A stretch of 64,000 nt of DNA from an uncultured Nitrospinota bacterium (GTDB taxonomy: Bacteria > Tectomicrobia > Entotheonellia > J063 > CAVPRW01): assembly GCA_963707985.1 (NCBI GenBank), contig CAVPRW010000008.1:96001-160000 (forward strand), written 5' to 3'. A program made the position numbers and the translations under genes. The notes beneath the pieces were generated by a model that did not search any database, had not been told where the DNA came from, and saw only the letters and a program-made list of their open reading frames with translations. Of this stretch, positions 43,914-54,205 are shown piece after piece. How positions within the stretch are numbered: the first letter of the stretch is position 1; each line of letters opens with the position of its first letter.

Positions 43914-44253
43914 ACGGATCATCGCGGCCGAGTTGTCGCGGCGCCTCACCCGCTTGGGGTATGCCGTGATCGCCACGGTCGGATCGGGAGCCGAGGCGAT
44001 TCAACGGGCGCGGCTGGGGTGCCCGGATCTGGTCCTCATGGACATTGGCTTACCTGGGGAGATGAATGGCCTGGAAGCCGGGGCCCGCATCTGGGAGGAG
44101 CTCAAGATCCCCATTGTCTATGTCACGGCCTATACGGATGCGTTGACGATGGACCAGGTCCGCACCCCGCCGCCCGTGCTGACGGTCGGCAAGCCGTTTG
44201 ATGTCGAACAGTTACGCACCACGCTTGCGCAAGCCCTGGCCGCCCCTCCATGA
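43879..44253 (+). CDS. single-domain response regulator
   Basis: ILIVEDE, PDLVLMDI, VYVTA, KPF. Confidence 0.92.
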   Translation: MAPAQILIVEDERIIAAELSRRLTRLGYAVIATVGSGAEAIQRARLGCPDLVLMDIGLPGEMNGLEAGARIWEELKIPIVYVTAYTDALTMDQVRTPPPVLTVGKPFDVEQLRTTLAQALAAPP

Positions 44254-44426
44254 GCCCGTGCCGCCACCGGGCCGCGGGCACCACACGCCTGGTCCAGGGG
44301 GCGGAGCGGGCGAAGGGGCAGGCGTGCTGGGGGGCTGGGGCCGGAGCGCTCGTCTCGGGAGCGCGGCTCTGCACAACCCCGCTTCCCCAGCAAAAAAGCT
44401 CTTCTTCCCTTCGTCGGGAGACTGTC

Positions 44427-44852
44427 ATGGGAGACCAGACGAGAACCACCGCCATTCTCGTATTCAATAAGGTTGGGCACGTTTTACTTCAGAAGCGCGA
44501 CAACATCCCCACGATCCAGGAGCCGGGGAAGTGGGATGTCTGGGGTGGTCACTGCGAGGCCGGGGAGACGCCTGAGGCGTGCGCCATCCGCGAGCTTTAC
44601 GAGGAACTCGGCATCGAGATCGCCGATCTACGGGTCCTCAAGTTCCTCATGACGCGATCAGTGGACGGACGCGAAGAATTCGTGTTTGCCTACGTGTTCG
44701 AGGCTGATGGCACACCACCGGTGTATGAGGGCGAGCGAGCGGAGTGGTGTGCTCCCGAGGACGCAGCCGACCTGGCGATGGCGTTTGGGGCAGAACGGCT
44801 CTTTACCCCGGAGATAGTGGCGCAAGCCAAGGCCGCACTGTGCCTCACATGA
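44427..44852 (+). CDS. NUDIX hydrolase
   Basis: GGHCEAGETPEACAIRELYEELGI. Confidence 0.85.
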   Translation: MGDQTRTTAILVFNKVGHVLLQKRDNIPTIQEPGKWDVWGGHCEAGETPEACAIRELYEELGIEIADLRVLKFLMTRSVDGREEFVFAYVFEADGTPPVYEGERAEWCAPEDAADLAMAFGAERLFTPEIVAQAKAALCLT

Positions 44853-44885
44853 GCAAACAATCAGAACAACTATTCTGTCGGATAT

Positions 44886-45053
44886 ATGGCCACCTCAAAA
44901 ACTCCCAAATCTATGACGAGGCGCGGCTCAGGCAAGATGCCGTTCCTCACGCACGAAGAGCTGAAGCACCTCTTGGCTGTTATCAAGGAAAAACGCCATC
45001 AGGCGCTCTTCCTCCTGGCCTACCGCCATAGGCTGCGCGCGTCGGAGCGTTGA
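44886..45053 (+). pseudogene. tyrosine recombinase (FimB/XerC-like) N-terminal fragment
   Basis: Manual translation FLTHEELKHLL...RHQALFLLAYRHRLRASE (box I Arg), then truncated. Confidence 0.65.
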
Positions 45054-45309
45054 CAATAGAGTCTAAAGCATTCATGCCCCGTGGCATGAGTTCAAAGATA
45101 TGGTCGCGTAGGGCAATCCACTTCCTGGTGTCATCAACCAAGGGCTGAGCTCTTGGATCATTCCTTCCCATTGCTCCCTCGAGTACAAGTGTGTTGTCTA
45201 GCGGGCGGATGAATCCCTGTACACGCAACTGCATAAGTTCGCGCCCAAGGGATGGCCCGTCCCCACGGGTGACGGCCGTCGGGGTGATCGCTGTGGCTGC
45301 GGAGGGAAG

Positions 45310-45909
45310 ATGGGAGCAACACATGACTCGCCTACCAGCAGTGTGCTCACGACGTCCGCAACGCGCCAGACTTCACCGATGGAAACCCTAGAGACGCTGC
45401 GCCACCTGATCCTGCAACCGGAACGATCGCAACTTCGCCAACTGCAAGAACGCCTGGACAACCTCAGAGTGAGCTCCGAAGATGTCAGCCAGGTGCTGCC
45501 GGAAGCGGTTCTGCATCGTGCACGCCAGGATCATCAACTCACCAATGCGCTTCTGCCCACTGTCGAGGAAGCCATCCAGTCCTCGGTACGAAGGAATCCT
45601 CGCACCCTGGTGGAAGCCTTGTTCCCGTTGATGGGGCCGGCGATCCGCAGAGCTGTTGCGCACCGCCTCCGCAGCATGATCGCCTCCCTTGGCTACACCT
45701 TGGCCGTGAGCACTACGCTCCGGGGGCTGAAGTGGAGGCTTGAAGCGCTGCGGACTGGAGTACCCTTCGCCGAAGTGGTCCTGCTGCACACGTTGCGCTA
45801 TCGGGTTGAACAGGTCTTTCTCTTGCACCGGCAAACGGGGCTCTTGCTCCGGCAAGCCATGGTTGAGTCGGTGAGCACGCTGGATGACCTTGCGCGTGGT
45901 GCTGCCTGA
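45310..45909 (+). pseudogene. N-terminal part of OmpA-associated protein from a Rab-like GTPase cluster, truncated
   Basis: LVEALFPLMGPAIRRA, YRVEQVFLLHRQTGLLL; no C-terminal OmpA domain. Confidence 0.6.
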
Positions 45910-45937
45910 GATGCCTGGGAGATAAGGTACGAGAGCC

Positions 45938-46436
45938 ATGGTGCAGAAAAAGATATGCTTATTGGGCGCCTTCGCAGTGGGGAAAACCAGCCTCGTGACG
46001 CAGTTTGTCGACAGTATCTTCTCCGACAAATATCATACCACCGTGGGCGTGCGGATCGAGAAAAAGGCCCTGTCGCTTGGGGGGGAGAGAGTGGCATTTG
46101 ATCATTTGGGATCTGGCCGGCGAGGATGAATTCCTCCAGTTCCGACCGTCCTATTTGCGGGGTTCCTCGGGGTATCTACTGGTGGCGGACGGTACGCGCC
46201 GTGCAACGCTCGATGCCGCCGTGAGGATGCAGCAGCGCGCGCGCAACACCATTGGTGATGTACCGTTTGTGCTCATGCTTAACAAGTCCGACTTGGCTGA
46301 TGAATGGGAAGTTGCCGAGCGTACCGTCGAAGCCCTGTCAAGGAGGGGCTGGACTTGGCTGAAAGCCAGCGCGAAGACAGGTGCAGGTGTGGAGGAAGCC
46401 TTCTTAACCCTTGTCGCCAAAATGATGGAGGGGTAA
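45938..46436 (+). pseudogene. Rab/Ras-like small GTPase, frameshifted in a G7 run (46079-46085)
   Basis: G1 GAFAVGKTS, G2 TVGV in one frame; WDLAG, NKSD, SAKTG in the next. Confidence 0.85.
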
Positions 46437-47734
46437 ATGTGTGCGCTGCCCTCGCCAGTGCTTGAGTACTTGGGGAAGTTTATGGCGGCAACTGGCTCCC
46501 CAGGATATTTGCTGGTAGACAGGCAAGGGGGCCTGCTGGAGTGGGGGGGATCGCTCTCGGTCTATGGCCTCACGGATCTCAGATCCGGCGTCCCGATACT
46601 GAATCAGGTCGACTTTCTGGTGGGGTTGCTTCCAGGCACCGACACGGCGCTCTACTATCCGTGTGTCGAACTGGGTTCCGGCCTGTTTATCGACGTTCAT
46701 GTGTTCCCTGCAGACAGGGGGGATTGGGTGTTATTGCTGGATGTCAGCTCCGAAGCACAGGAACGCCGCCAGTTGCATCAACGGATCCACGACTGGAAAA
46801 TTTTCTTCACGACGCCGAGGTATTCTGGGGTGCGGGAGCAGTGGGGGTGCTGAAATCAGGGCCGTGGAGGGAGCTCGACCGCTCGGCCAACGAGCTATAT
46901 CTTGAGGCCTCGGCGGTGCTCTGGGACACTGGGAGGTTCTTGCTCATCGCCAACTCCGAGAATAACTACGAGGAGAAACGGTCTATTATTCAGAGGGCCC
47001 GGGAGAACAATCTCCAGCAGCAGCGTTTCGGGAAGGAAGTGCAAAAGAAAGAGACTTTGGTACAAGCCATCGTCCACGATGTGATCGGCATGTTGACGCC
47101 AATTAAGGCCTGCTTTGCACTCCTCAGCAGTGAGAATCTAGGCCCCAAAGCCAGAAGGTGTGTCGAGCTGGGCCTACAGCAAACCACCAGGCAACAGATG
47201 CTGACTGAGACGATTTTGGATGTGTTCTCCGCCGAAATGGGGGCGCTCGATCCGTTTACCAGAGATCCCACCCAGGCTCCGGACGTGATCCTGTGTGCGA
47301 AGGCGGTACTGGAGGCGATAGAGCCAGCGGCCGCCACGAAGCAGGTGACGCTGCAGCTACACCCAAGCATCGGCCCACAAAGGGAGCGGAAAGTCGTCGG
47401 TGAACGATTGCGTTTCGAACGCGTCATCTTTAACCTGGTCGAAAATGCCATCCGGCACAGTCCAGAAGGCACCCTGGTCACCGTGGGCGTGAAAAGCGAG
47501 GGGCAATACATTTTGATTACCGTTGACGACGAGGGGAGTTATGTGCCGCAGGATATGGTGGGAGTGCTTTTTGAGAAACTCATCCAGGGTGGAGAGCGAT
47601 CGGGACGATCCGGCTTGGGGCTGTATTTCTGCCGTCTAATGGTCGAACGTTGGGGCGGCACGACTGGATACAGCCAGCGTCCAAGAGGCGGCAACCGGTT
47701 TTGGTTGCGCTTACCTCGAGCCATCGTTCAGTGA
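46437..47734 (+). pseudogene. sensor histidine kinase, frame-disrupted or deletion fusion near 46790
   Basis: IVHDV H-box, NLVENAIRHS, DDEG, GLGLYFC; N-terminal part is in another frame. Confidence 0.7.
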
Positions 47735-48017
47735 TGGGAATACACCGATGACCTGCATACGATGCGTCGAGAACAGGTCATGCATCGGTATGGGGTCACG
47801 CCATGGCATCCCATCGGCCAGGGTATAGATGTCTTCCTGAAGCTCATAGCGCAGATCGAAGGTCGAGTTGATCCTGTAGCCATACCGCGTATCGTACAGC
47901 ACGGACCTGTGCGGTGGAGGACTCTATCTGGACAATGGTGGTAGGAATGAGTACCCTGTGGAGCCAGGAAGCTCTGGAGGTACTGCGATAGAGCAGCGGC
48001 GTCACAGGAGTGTCGAC

Positions 48018-49001
48018 ATGGTCTCAAGCAATGCCACAGTCCCTGACCTACAGGCCACACGGGTCGTGATTGACACCGACCCTGGTATTGATGATGTGGC
48101 GGCCATTCTGATGGGAATCTCCAGTCGAGAGCTGCGGGTGGAGGCTCTCACCACAATCTATGGCAATGCCTCTGTCACCCAGAGTACGGTTAATGCGCTA
48201 CGCCTCCTGGAAGCCGCAGGCCGGCAAGATATTCCGGTGTATCAAGGAGTAGGGAAGTGCTACAACATGGCAGAGCCCACGTATGCTGCCCAGGTGCACG
48301 GCAGCGATGGGTTTGGTGACATCGCTTGGCCGCGACCCACGACCTCACCACAGCGCCGCCATGCTGTCCTCGAGCTCATTGATCGGGTCCTCAGCGCTCC
48401 TGGAGAAATCACCGTGGTGGCGCTGGGACGCCTGACCAATCTGGCACTTGCCATGAGTGTGGAGCCGCAGGTTGCCAGCGCGCTGCGCAACCTTATCGTG
48501 ATGGGTGGAGCCATCACGGTCCCCGGTAACATCACGCCAGTCGCCAGCGCCAATCTGTGGGGTGATCCCGAGGCGGCTGATGTGGTCTATCGCTCTGGCG
48601 CCAAGATCGTCCAGATCGGCTTGGATGTCTGCGACCAGGTAGAAATTTCTGCCGCCCAACAACAACGCGTCTGGCGAGCAAACACCACGGCCACGCGACT
48701 CCTACAGACGCTCACCCCTAGCCTCCAAGCCAGTTACAGGCGGCGTGGCCTCCTACGTCATCCAGACCATATCCGCTACAATGATGTCCCCGCTATGGCC
48801 TATGTGATTGATCCCTCACTCTTCAGCTGTCAGGAAGTGCATGTGCGCATCGAGACGCATGGACAGCTGACACGGGGGCAAACCGTGGCGGATCTCCGTG
48901 GCCAGGGTAATGCACCGCCCAACGTCACCGTGGCCTTCGGGGTAGATGCCACGCGCCTCACAGACTTGTGGGTCGAACGTGTTGTGAATCTCCGCTGCTA
49001 A
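48018..49001 (+). CDS. nucleoside hydrolase (IUNH family)
   Basis: IDTDPGIDD, VHGSDG, LTNLALA, MGGA. Confidence 0.9.
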   Translation: MVSSNATVPDLQATRVVIDTDPGIDDVAAILMGISSRELRVEALTTIYGNASVTQSTVNALRLLEAAGRQDIPVYQGVGKCYNMAEPTYAAQVHGSDGFGDIAWPRPTTSPQRRHAVLELIDRVLSAPGEITVVALGRLTNLALAMSVEPQVASALRNLIVMGGAITVPGNITPVASANLWGDPEAADVVYRSGAKIVQIGLDVCDQVEISAAQQQRVWRANTTATRLLQTLTPSLQASYRRRGLLRHPDHIRYNDVPAMAYVIDPSLFSCQEVHVRIETHGQLTRGQTVADLRGQGNAPPNVTVAFGVDATRLTDLWVERVVNLRC

Positions 49002-49058
49002 GCGCCTGGTGGATGTCGGATAGATGGAGCGTAGTTCCAGACGTGAAAGGCGAGCCGA

Positions 49059-49970
49059 CTAAAGGCGTCCGGACAAAAATTGCTTCACGACCCGCTCAAA
49101 ACCGCGAGGATTATCCAGAAAGACATGGTGGTCGGCGTGCGGCACCTCAGCCAATTCGAGGCTAGGACACTGTGTCTGGGCCTCAGCGATGAGCTGAGGC
49201 GTGACGCGTGTGCTCCAGCCGCCCTTCACCACAAGGGTGGGAATGGTAATGTTCCGGCAGTGCGGGATCCCATCGAAGCTATTGCGCTGCGCATAGACCT
49301 TGCGGTCGAACTTGTGCGTCCAAGTACCATCGGGGAGTTGTCGGCCCCCACGTTCGGCGAGATGGCGAATGATCTCCGGGGCGGCGGTGGTCCCATCAGG
49401 ACGAAGCCGGTAGCGCGAGAGAAACTCTTCATGGGTGGCGTATCGGCTCCCCGGTCGGTTGCCGACATTGCGCAACATGGCCACACGCTCCTCGGGCATC
49501 CGTAATGTAGAGTCGACGATGATCAGGGCTCGGATCCGGCCGGGGTAGGTGGCCGTGTACACCAATGAGACCAACCCTCCCATCGAATGGCCAATCAGGA
49601 CGAAGTCCCGCAGATCGAGCTGCTCTGCTATCCCTGCTAGGTCTGCAGCATGCGCCTCATAGGTATAATCTGGTGGGTTCATCCATTGGCTATCGCCGTG
49701 GCCGCGAAAATCCAGGGCGCGCACATGAAAGTCGCTGATGAATCCCGGGGCAAAGAAATCGAACCAATGTCCATGTGCTGCGCCGCCATGGACGCAGAGG
49801 ATCGGCGTGCGGCCAGCCGTGCCATAATCCAGGTAATGCAGTCGCGATCCGCCAACCTCGATAAAATGATCGGTGTAGGCGGCCGGCTGGAAGCCTCCCT
49901 CGGGTCGCTCAATACCTTCCTTTACATTGTCCTCACTGAAGTTTGCTGACATCATTGTGGCCCTGTCCAT
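49059..49970 (-). CDS. alpha/beta hydrolase
   Basis: VHGG, DFRGHGDS, GHSMGG, DHH. Confidence 0.9.
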   Translation of the reverse strand: MDRATMMSANFSEDNVKEGIERPEGGFQPAAYTDHFIEVGGSRLHYLDYGTAGRTPILCVHGGAAHGHWFDFFAPGFISDFHVRALDFRGHGDSQWMNPPDYTYEAHAADLAGIAEQLDLRDFVLIGHSMGGLVSLVYTATYPGRIRALIIVDSTLRMPEERVAMLRNVGNRPGSRYATHEEFLSRYRLRPDGTTAAPEIIRHLAERGGRQLPDGTWTHKFDRKVYAQRNSFDGIPHCRNITIPTLVVKGGWSTRVTPQLIAEAQTQCPSLELAEVPHADHHVFLDNPRGFERVVKQFLSGRL

Positions 49971-50081
49971 CCATTCGGCGCCATCATACCGTTATTGTCA
50001 ATCGTTAAAGGCCATCTGCCGCCTGACAAATGAATCGCACAGTGGCGTTCCCGAGGCAACTGACGGGAAAGCTATACAGGA

Positions 50082-50101
50082 ATTTGACCTCGAGGTCAAA
50101 T
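50082..50101. promoter_or_regulatory. perfect 20-bp palindrome, candidate operator
   Basis: ATTTGACCTC|GAGGTCAAAT between divergent hydrolase and smpB. Confidence 0.5.
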
Positions 50102-50151
50102 GGAAATTCCAGCTGGGTGCAGTATAACTCACGCCTCGACCTTGCCCTCCC

Positions 50152-50180
50152 TTGCCCCTTGGCGTCCAAAGAGCTATACT
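50152..50180 (+). promoter_or_regulatory. sigma70-type promoter for smpB
   Basis: TTGCCC-N17-TATACT. Confidence 0.55.
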
Positions 50181-50225
50181 AGGGGGTGCCGATCAAGAAC
50201 TGTGACACGAAGGTGAGCTGATCAT

Positions 50226-50687
50226 ATGCCTGGCGAAAAGATCATCTGCACCAATAGACAAGCACGTTTCGATTACCATCTCGAGGAGAGCTTCGAGGCG
50301 GGTCTCGTCCTGCAGGGCACCGAAGTCAAATCACTGCGTGATGGACGGGCCAACCTCAAAGATAGCTATGCCTCGGTGGACAATGGCGAAATTTATCTGT
50401 ACAACTGCCATATCAGCCCATACCCGAACGGTGGGTATGCCAATCACGATCCCGAGCGGGTTCGGAAACTACTCGTGCATAAGCGCGAGATCCGCCGATT
50501 GGTTGGGAAAACGCAGGAGCGTGGCTTGACTTTGATTCCCCTCAAGCTGTATTTTCAGCGCGGAAAAGTCAAGGTCGAGATGGCCCTGGCGCGTGGCAAG
50601 CGGCAGTACGATAAGCGTGAAGACATGAAACGGCGCGACGCCGACCGCGAGATTGAGCGCGCCTTCAAAGAGCAGGTCCGCAACTGA
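50226..50687 (+). CDS. smpB: SsrA-binding protein
   Basis: [37 protein letters not shown]. Confidence 0.98.
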   Translation: MPGEKIICTNRQARFDYHLEESFEAGLVLQGTEVKSLRDGRANLKDSYASVDNGEIYLYNCHISPYPNGGYANHDPERVRKLLVHKREIRRLVGKTQERGLTLIPLKLYFQRGKVKVEMALARGKRQYDKREDMKRRDADREIERAFKEQVRN

Positions 50688-50773
50688 GCGATGGTGGCGC
50701 ATGATCAGGACTGGGCACGTCGTGAAGACACGCTTCAGTCCGCGGCGTTCAGCATCCAGTACTCGTCTTCAAG

Positions 50774-51389
50774 GGGGGCGACAGGTTTCGACGGGGGTGA
50801 TTGAGGCGAAGGTGGCATGCCGAGGTCCCATTGGCTCGTAAAACAAATGGGAAACCACAACTGCCAACGAAGAACTGGCACTGGCTGCTTAACAACCAGC
50901 CACGTCCTTCCTGTTCTCGCCTGTGGGGTGGGTAAGGGCGTCATTTAGCAGGCTAGTCAACCATCCCCCGCCCGGGGGGATGGGGCGCGAAATCCAAGCT
51001 GGGCTAGCACGGCCCCATGCCCCTGCCGATGGGGGAAGGGCTGAGCGAACTTTTAAACATCGGCTATGTATGTAGAAACCTTCAGCCAAAGACCTTCGGA
51101 CGCGGGTTCGATCATGAGGGTCGCCCTGGGGAGTAATCCTCAGGTGACAACGGGGCTCACATCGGCGAAGCCTACAGCCGCAAGCCAGGGTAACGCCGAG
51201 GGGTCAGAAGGAGGCTAACTCCAGGCTGGCCCTGTAGAGACTCATAGGCTCACTGGCCTGATGAGGGGTGAGTGGGTACTAGGAGTACCAGCAGTCTAGG
51301 TGCTAAGACGCCCCGCATCCCGGATGAAGGGATGAAGGCATAGTCCAGGCCAATCCGAAAGGATTGGGTATCCTGTCCCGCCGCCTCCA
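50774..51389 (+). ncRNA. ssrA: tmRNA, intron-containing (exon 1 50774-51112, exon 2 51376-51389)
   Basis: 5' GGGGGCG pairs with 3' CGCCTCC-A (G3.U70); tag ORF GCC AAC GAA GAA CTG GCA CTG GCT GCT TAA = ANEELALAA at 50863-50892; T-arm GCGGG-TTCGAT|T-CCCGC; next to smpB. Confidence 0.95.
51113..51375 (+). ncRNA. group I self-splicing intron in the tmRNA T-loop (263 nt, no ORF)
   Basis: 5' splice site after U with P1 U.G pair; terminal G; P3 CGGGGC/GCCCCG, P4 TCGGCG/CGCCGA, R GTAGAGACT, S AAGGCATAGTCC, P8, P9 with GAAA loop. Confidence 0.9.
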
Positions 51390-51403
51390 CTTGTTTGTCG
51401 CTG

Positions 51404-51437
51404 GCCGCAACTCCTTGATAGCAGAAGGAGTTGCGGC
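51404..51437 (+). terminator. hairpin downstream of ssrA
   Basis: GCCGCAACTCCTT-N8-AAGGAGTTGCGGC perfect 13-bp stem. Confidence 0.65.
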
Positions 51438-51490
51438 ACCTTCGAAGTCCCCGACTGTTTTTCGTTGCACGCATATTCGGCGCTCATCAT

Positions 51491-51820
51491 TTACACGCAA
51501 ACCTGACGAGAAGGCTGTTTCGGGAAGCAACCTTCGATGGGGTGCGATGGATCAACTGCAATCTTTTGTGAGGGTCTTGGGGACAAATCAGGAAGGATAT
51601 TTTCCCTTTTCATAAAACACCTTACCTTGGGGATTAGGCTAGATAAATTGCTCTGATTAGAGGGGATTCCTGTATTAGCCTTCATGGCTGCTACGATTTC
51701 ATCGTGCTTCGTACCCGTAAAGGAGATGCCATAGACTTGCATTTCGTTCTCGGCGGGATAGTTGCCAAGCTCCTTTCCGCAGGAATATAAGACTGCCTCA
51801 CCTTCTGAAATGCATTGCCC
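51491..51820 (-). pseudogene. low-GC gene fragment, 5' end lost at the IS boundary
   Basis: Frame stays open upstream of the tracked ATG up to the IS4 relic. Confidence 0.35.
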
Positions 51821-51898
51821 AGGTGCTCAGCACCAGCCCTGTTCAGGTGATCTTGCCACTCGCTTTTTGTGATCCTCTAGGCCTTCGATCCAGACACG

Positions 51899-52600
51899 GT
51901 GAAGGAGGCCACCAGGCTGGGCAAAGTGTTCAACCGTGTTGTGGAAAAAAGTCCCCTGTCCGTGATGGTGCGTGGCACGCTGGAACGCGTCCTGGGAGCG
52001 GACCACCTCCATGCCTGGTGTGCCCGGACCGCCCAGACGCCGTATACCCGCACCGTGTGGTTTGCGACCGTTGATGACAGTCTCAGCCACGTGGGTTTTC
52101 GGATCAAGCCCTCGGTGCGCGCGGCGTATCGGGACCACGAAGACCAGGTAGGAGCCGCGATCATCTCGCTCTAGAACCAACGCAATGGGATCGAGACGCA
52201 CCCCTCGGCGGCGTTGGTCCGCTCTCGTGCAGCGGCATGGCGACCGCTCATCGCCCAGCTCGACGGGAACCGCTCCTCCTGGGTGCCGGGGTATCAGGTG
52301 AACATTCTGGATGGCAACTGCATTGAAGCGAGTGCGCGACGCCTCAACGTGTGACGCGAGGTGCCGGCCGGCGCCTTGCTGGGGCAATCCTTGGTAGTCT
52401 CGGAGCCGGCACACGGCCTGGTGCGTGAGGTCGTTCCCGGTGAAGACGGCCAGGCTCAAGAGCGCTCGTGGCTGGGGCAGGTGCTGGAGACCGTGCACGC
52501 GAACGACCGCTGGATTCAGGACCGCAACTTCTGTCCCGGTGCCTTTCTGGGTACGATCGACCGCCGGGGCGCCGGGTTGAGCACCCGCCCGCATTGGGTG
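51899..52600 (+). mobile_element. IS4-family transposase pseudogene
   Basis: SPLSVMVRG, YTRT, ILDGNCI, GQAQERS, WIQDRNFC; in-frame stops and 3' truncation. Confidence 0.8.
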
Positions 52601-53125
52601 GCCATCGGTTAAGATCATCAGGACGAACGCAGGGGTCGGTGGAGGCGGCGAACCACTGGGCCGAGGGCGGGCGCGGTCTTCCTGGAACCAGGAGGCCGTC
52701 GGTTTGCCGTAGCTCACGACCCCGCCCAAATTCGTTGTCCCCTGGTAACGTTCCGGGCGGACCAGTGCGCTCTGCAGCGTGCCGAAGAGAGCGGCAATCT
52801 CCTGCTCAAAGCCCACATTCCGGATGAGGCGCGTGACCCGGACGTGCTGCTCCGGGTCAGAGTCGACGGGCATCGTGTGAATCTCGTCGCCGCGTTGCGT
52901 GCGCCCCAACACCAACGCTGGCAGCATCTCATCACGGAAAATCGGGAAATGCTCTTTCGGCACCGTGGTAATATCCAGCGCCACGATCCACACAATCGCG
53001 GGGATGAGTGGGGGAAGCGTGGTCGTGGCGCTGATGTTCTGAGTTTCGCAGCCAAGCAAGGTGACAGCCAACCCGAGACTGCCCACGGTGCAGAGCAACG
53101 TACGTACGGCGTAGCTCGATCTCAT
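52590..53125 (-). pseudogene. putative lipoprotein with VWA-like motifs, cut by the IS junction
   Basis: LLGC lipobox, ALDITT, GTTNLGG, ILTDG, then reads into antisense IS. Confidence 0.45.
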
Positions 53126-53683
53126 CGTGTCTCTCCTGTGCGTGTACCACCACTTCCCGGCAAGAGGCGCCCGACCATACGATCGAGTCCCCGAGGGGTG
53201 ACATCACCACGGCATCCAACGCCGCGAGGGGGTAGACCACGGCGAGCACCGGAGCGTGCCACCAGCGCCCCGGCGGCTGAACGGCTACCAGGCGGTCTCA
53301 GCCGGCGCGGGCGGCGGAACCGGGGGCACAATGCGGGTGAGCGCCTCATTGGAGGGTGGTGGGGGTGGTGCCGCCCGGGCGGCATGGTCGAGCACATCGA
53401 GATAGGCCCTGGCTCGAGCGCTCAAAAAAACCCAAGATGTTTAGAGTCACAGCCCCCGCTGTGAGTAAAATGAGCAGGATCTCGGGCTCCATGGTGATCT
53501 CCTTCCCCAACAGAGAAAATGTTACCCACCTGAAAAAGTATGTGGTATACTCATGCAGAAAACACAGGAATTATCATGAATACAACACAATATCCAAGAA
53601 TTATGATACATACTATCTTAGTATGCACACTATTTTTTTATTGGACTAACATGATGCTCGCCTCAAAAAATGGAGACCTACGA

Positions 53684-54205
53684 GTGGCAAGCTACGGAGC
53701 GATGATCCGCCAATGGCGGAGCAGACAACAGTGGTCACAACGGACTCTTGCGGAAGCTATAGGAGTGACCAGCGGCTACGTGGCCCTGCTTGAGAATGAG
53801 TCAAAAATACCCTCATTAGATTTGTGTTTATCGATAATTCTAACATTTCAGCTGACGCCTCGGGAACACCAAGGATTTCTCGAGGCCATTGAACGGGCGC
53901 GTCGGCAGGAAACCAATAAACGTGCGAGTACGCGTAGTGCTGTGGTACGCGATATGTTGGAGGCCCGTGGTTCCTCGACACCGTCGCCTCCTGAACCGCC
54001 CACATCACAGCCGCCTTCACCAGCAATGAGCGTGGAGGAGATCGCCCGTGCAATAGCCAGCGACGATGTATTGCGAGCCGCCTTCCGTGATCTGCAAGTC
54101 GCTCTTGATGCCCAAGAGACCCGCCAAACCGTGCTCGACACATTGCGGCTCTTCGCAGAAAGAGCACGGACGCGCATAGACACAGAAGGTGGGGTGGAGT
54201 CATAG
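53684..54205 (+). CDS. XRE-family HTH transcriptional regulator
   Basis: WSQRTLAEAIGVTSGYVALLENESKIPS; AT-rich upstream region with palindrome CATACTA-N3-TAGTATG (53609-53625). Confidence 0.8.
   Translation: MASYGAMIRQWRSRQQWSQRTLAEAIGVTSGYVALLENESKIPSLDLCLSIILTFQLTPREHQGFLEAIERARRQETNKRASTRSAVVRDMLEARGSSTPSPPEPPTSQPPSPAMSVEEIARAIASDDVLRAAFRDLQVALDAQETRQTVLDTLRLFAERARTRIDTEGGVES

Noticed and set aside
51258..51265. CTGATGAG hammerhead-ribozyme core inside the intron
   Set aside because: No stem II followed by GAAA and no cleavage-site helix; it is part of the P7.1 hairpin
51827..53125. 432-aa minus-strand ORF
   Set aside because: Chimera: the lipoprotein N-terminus reads through into the antisense strand of the IS4 relic
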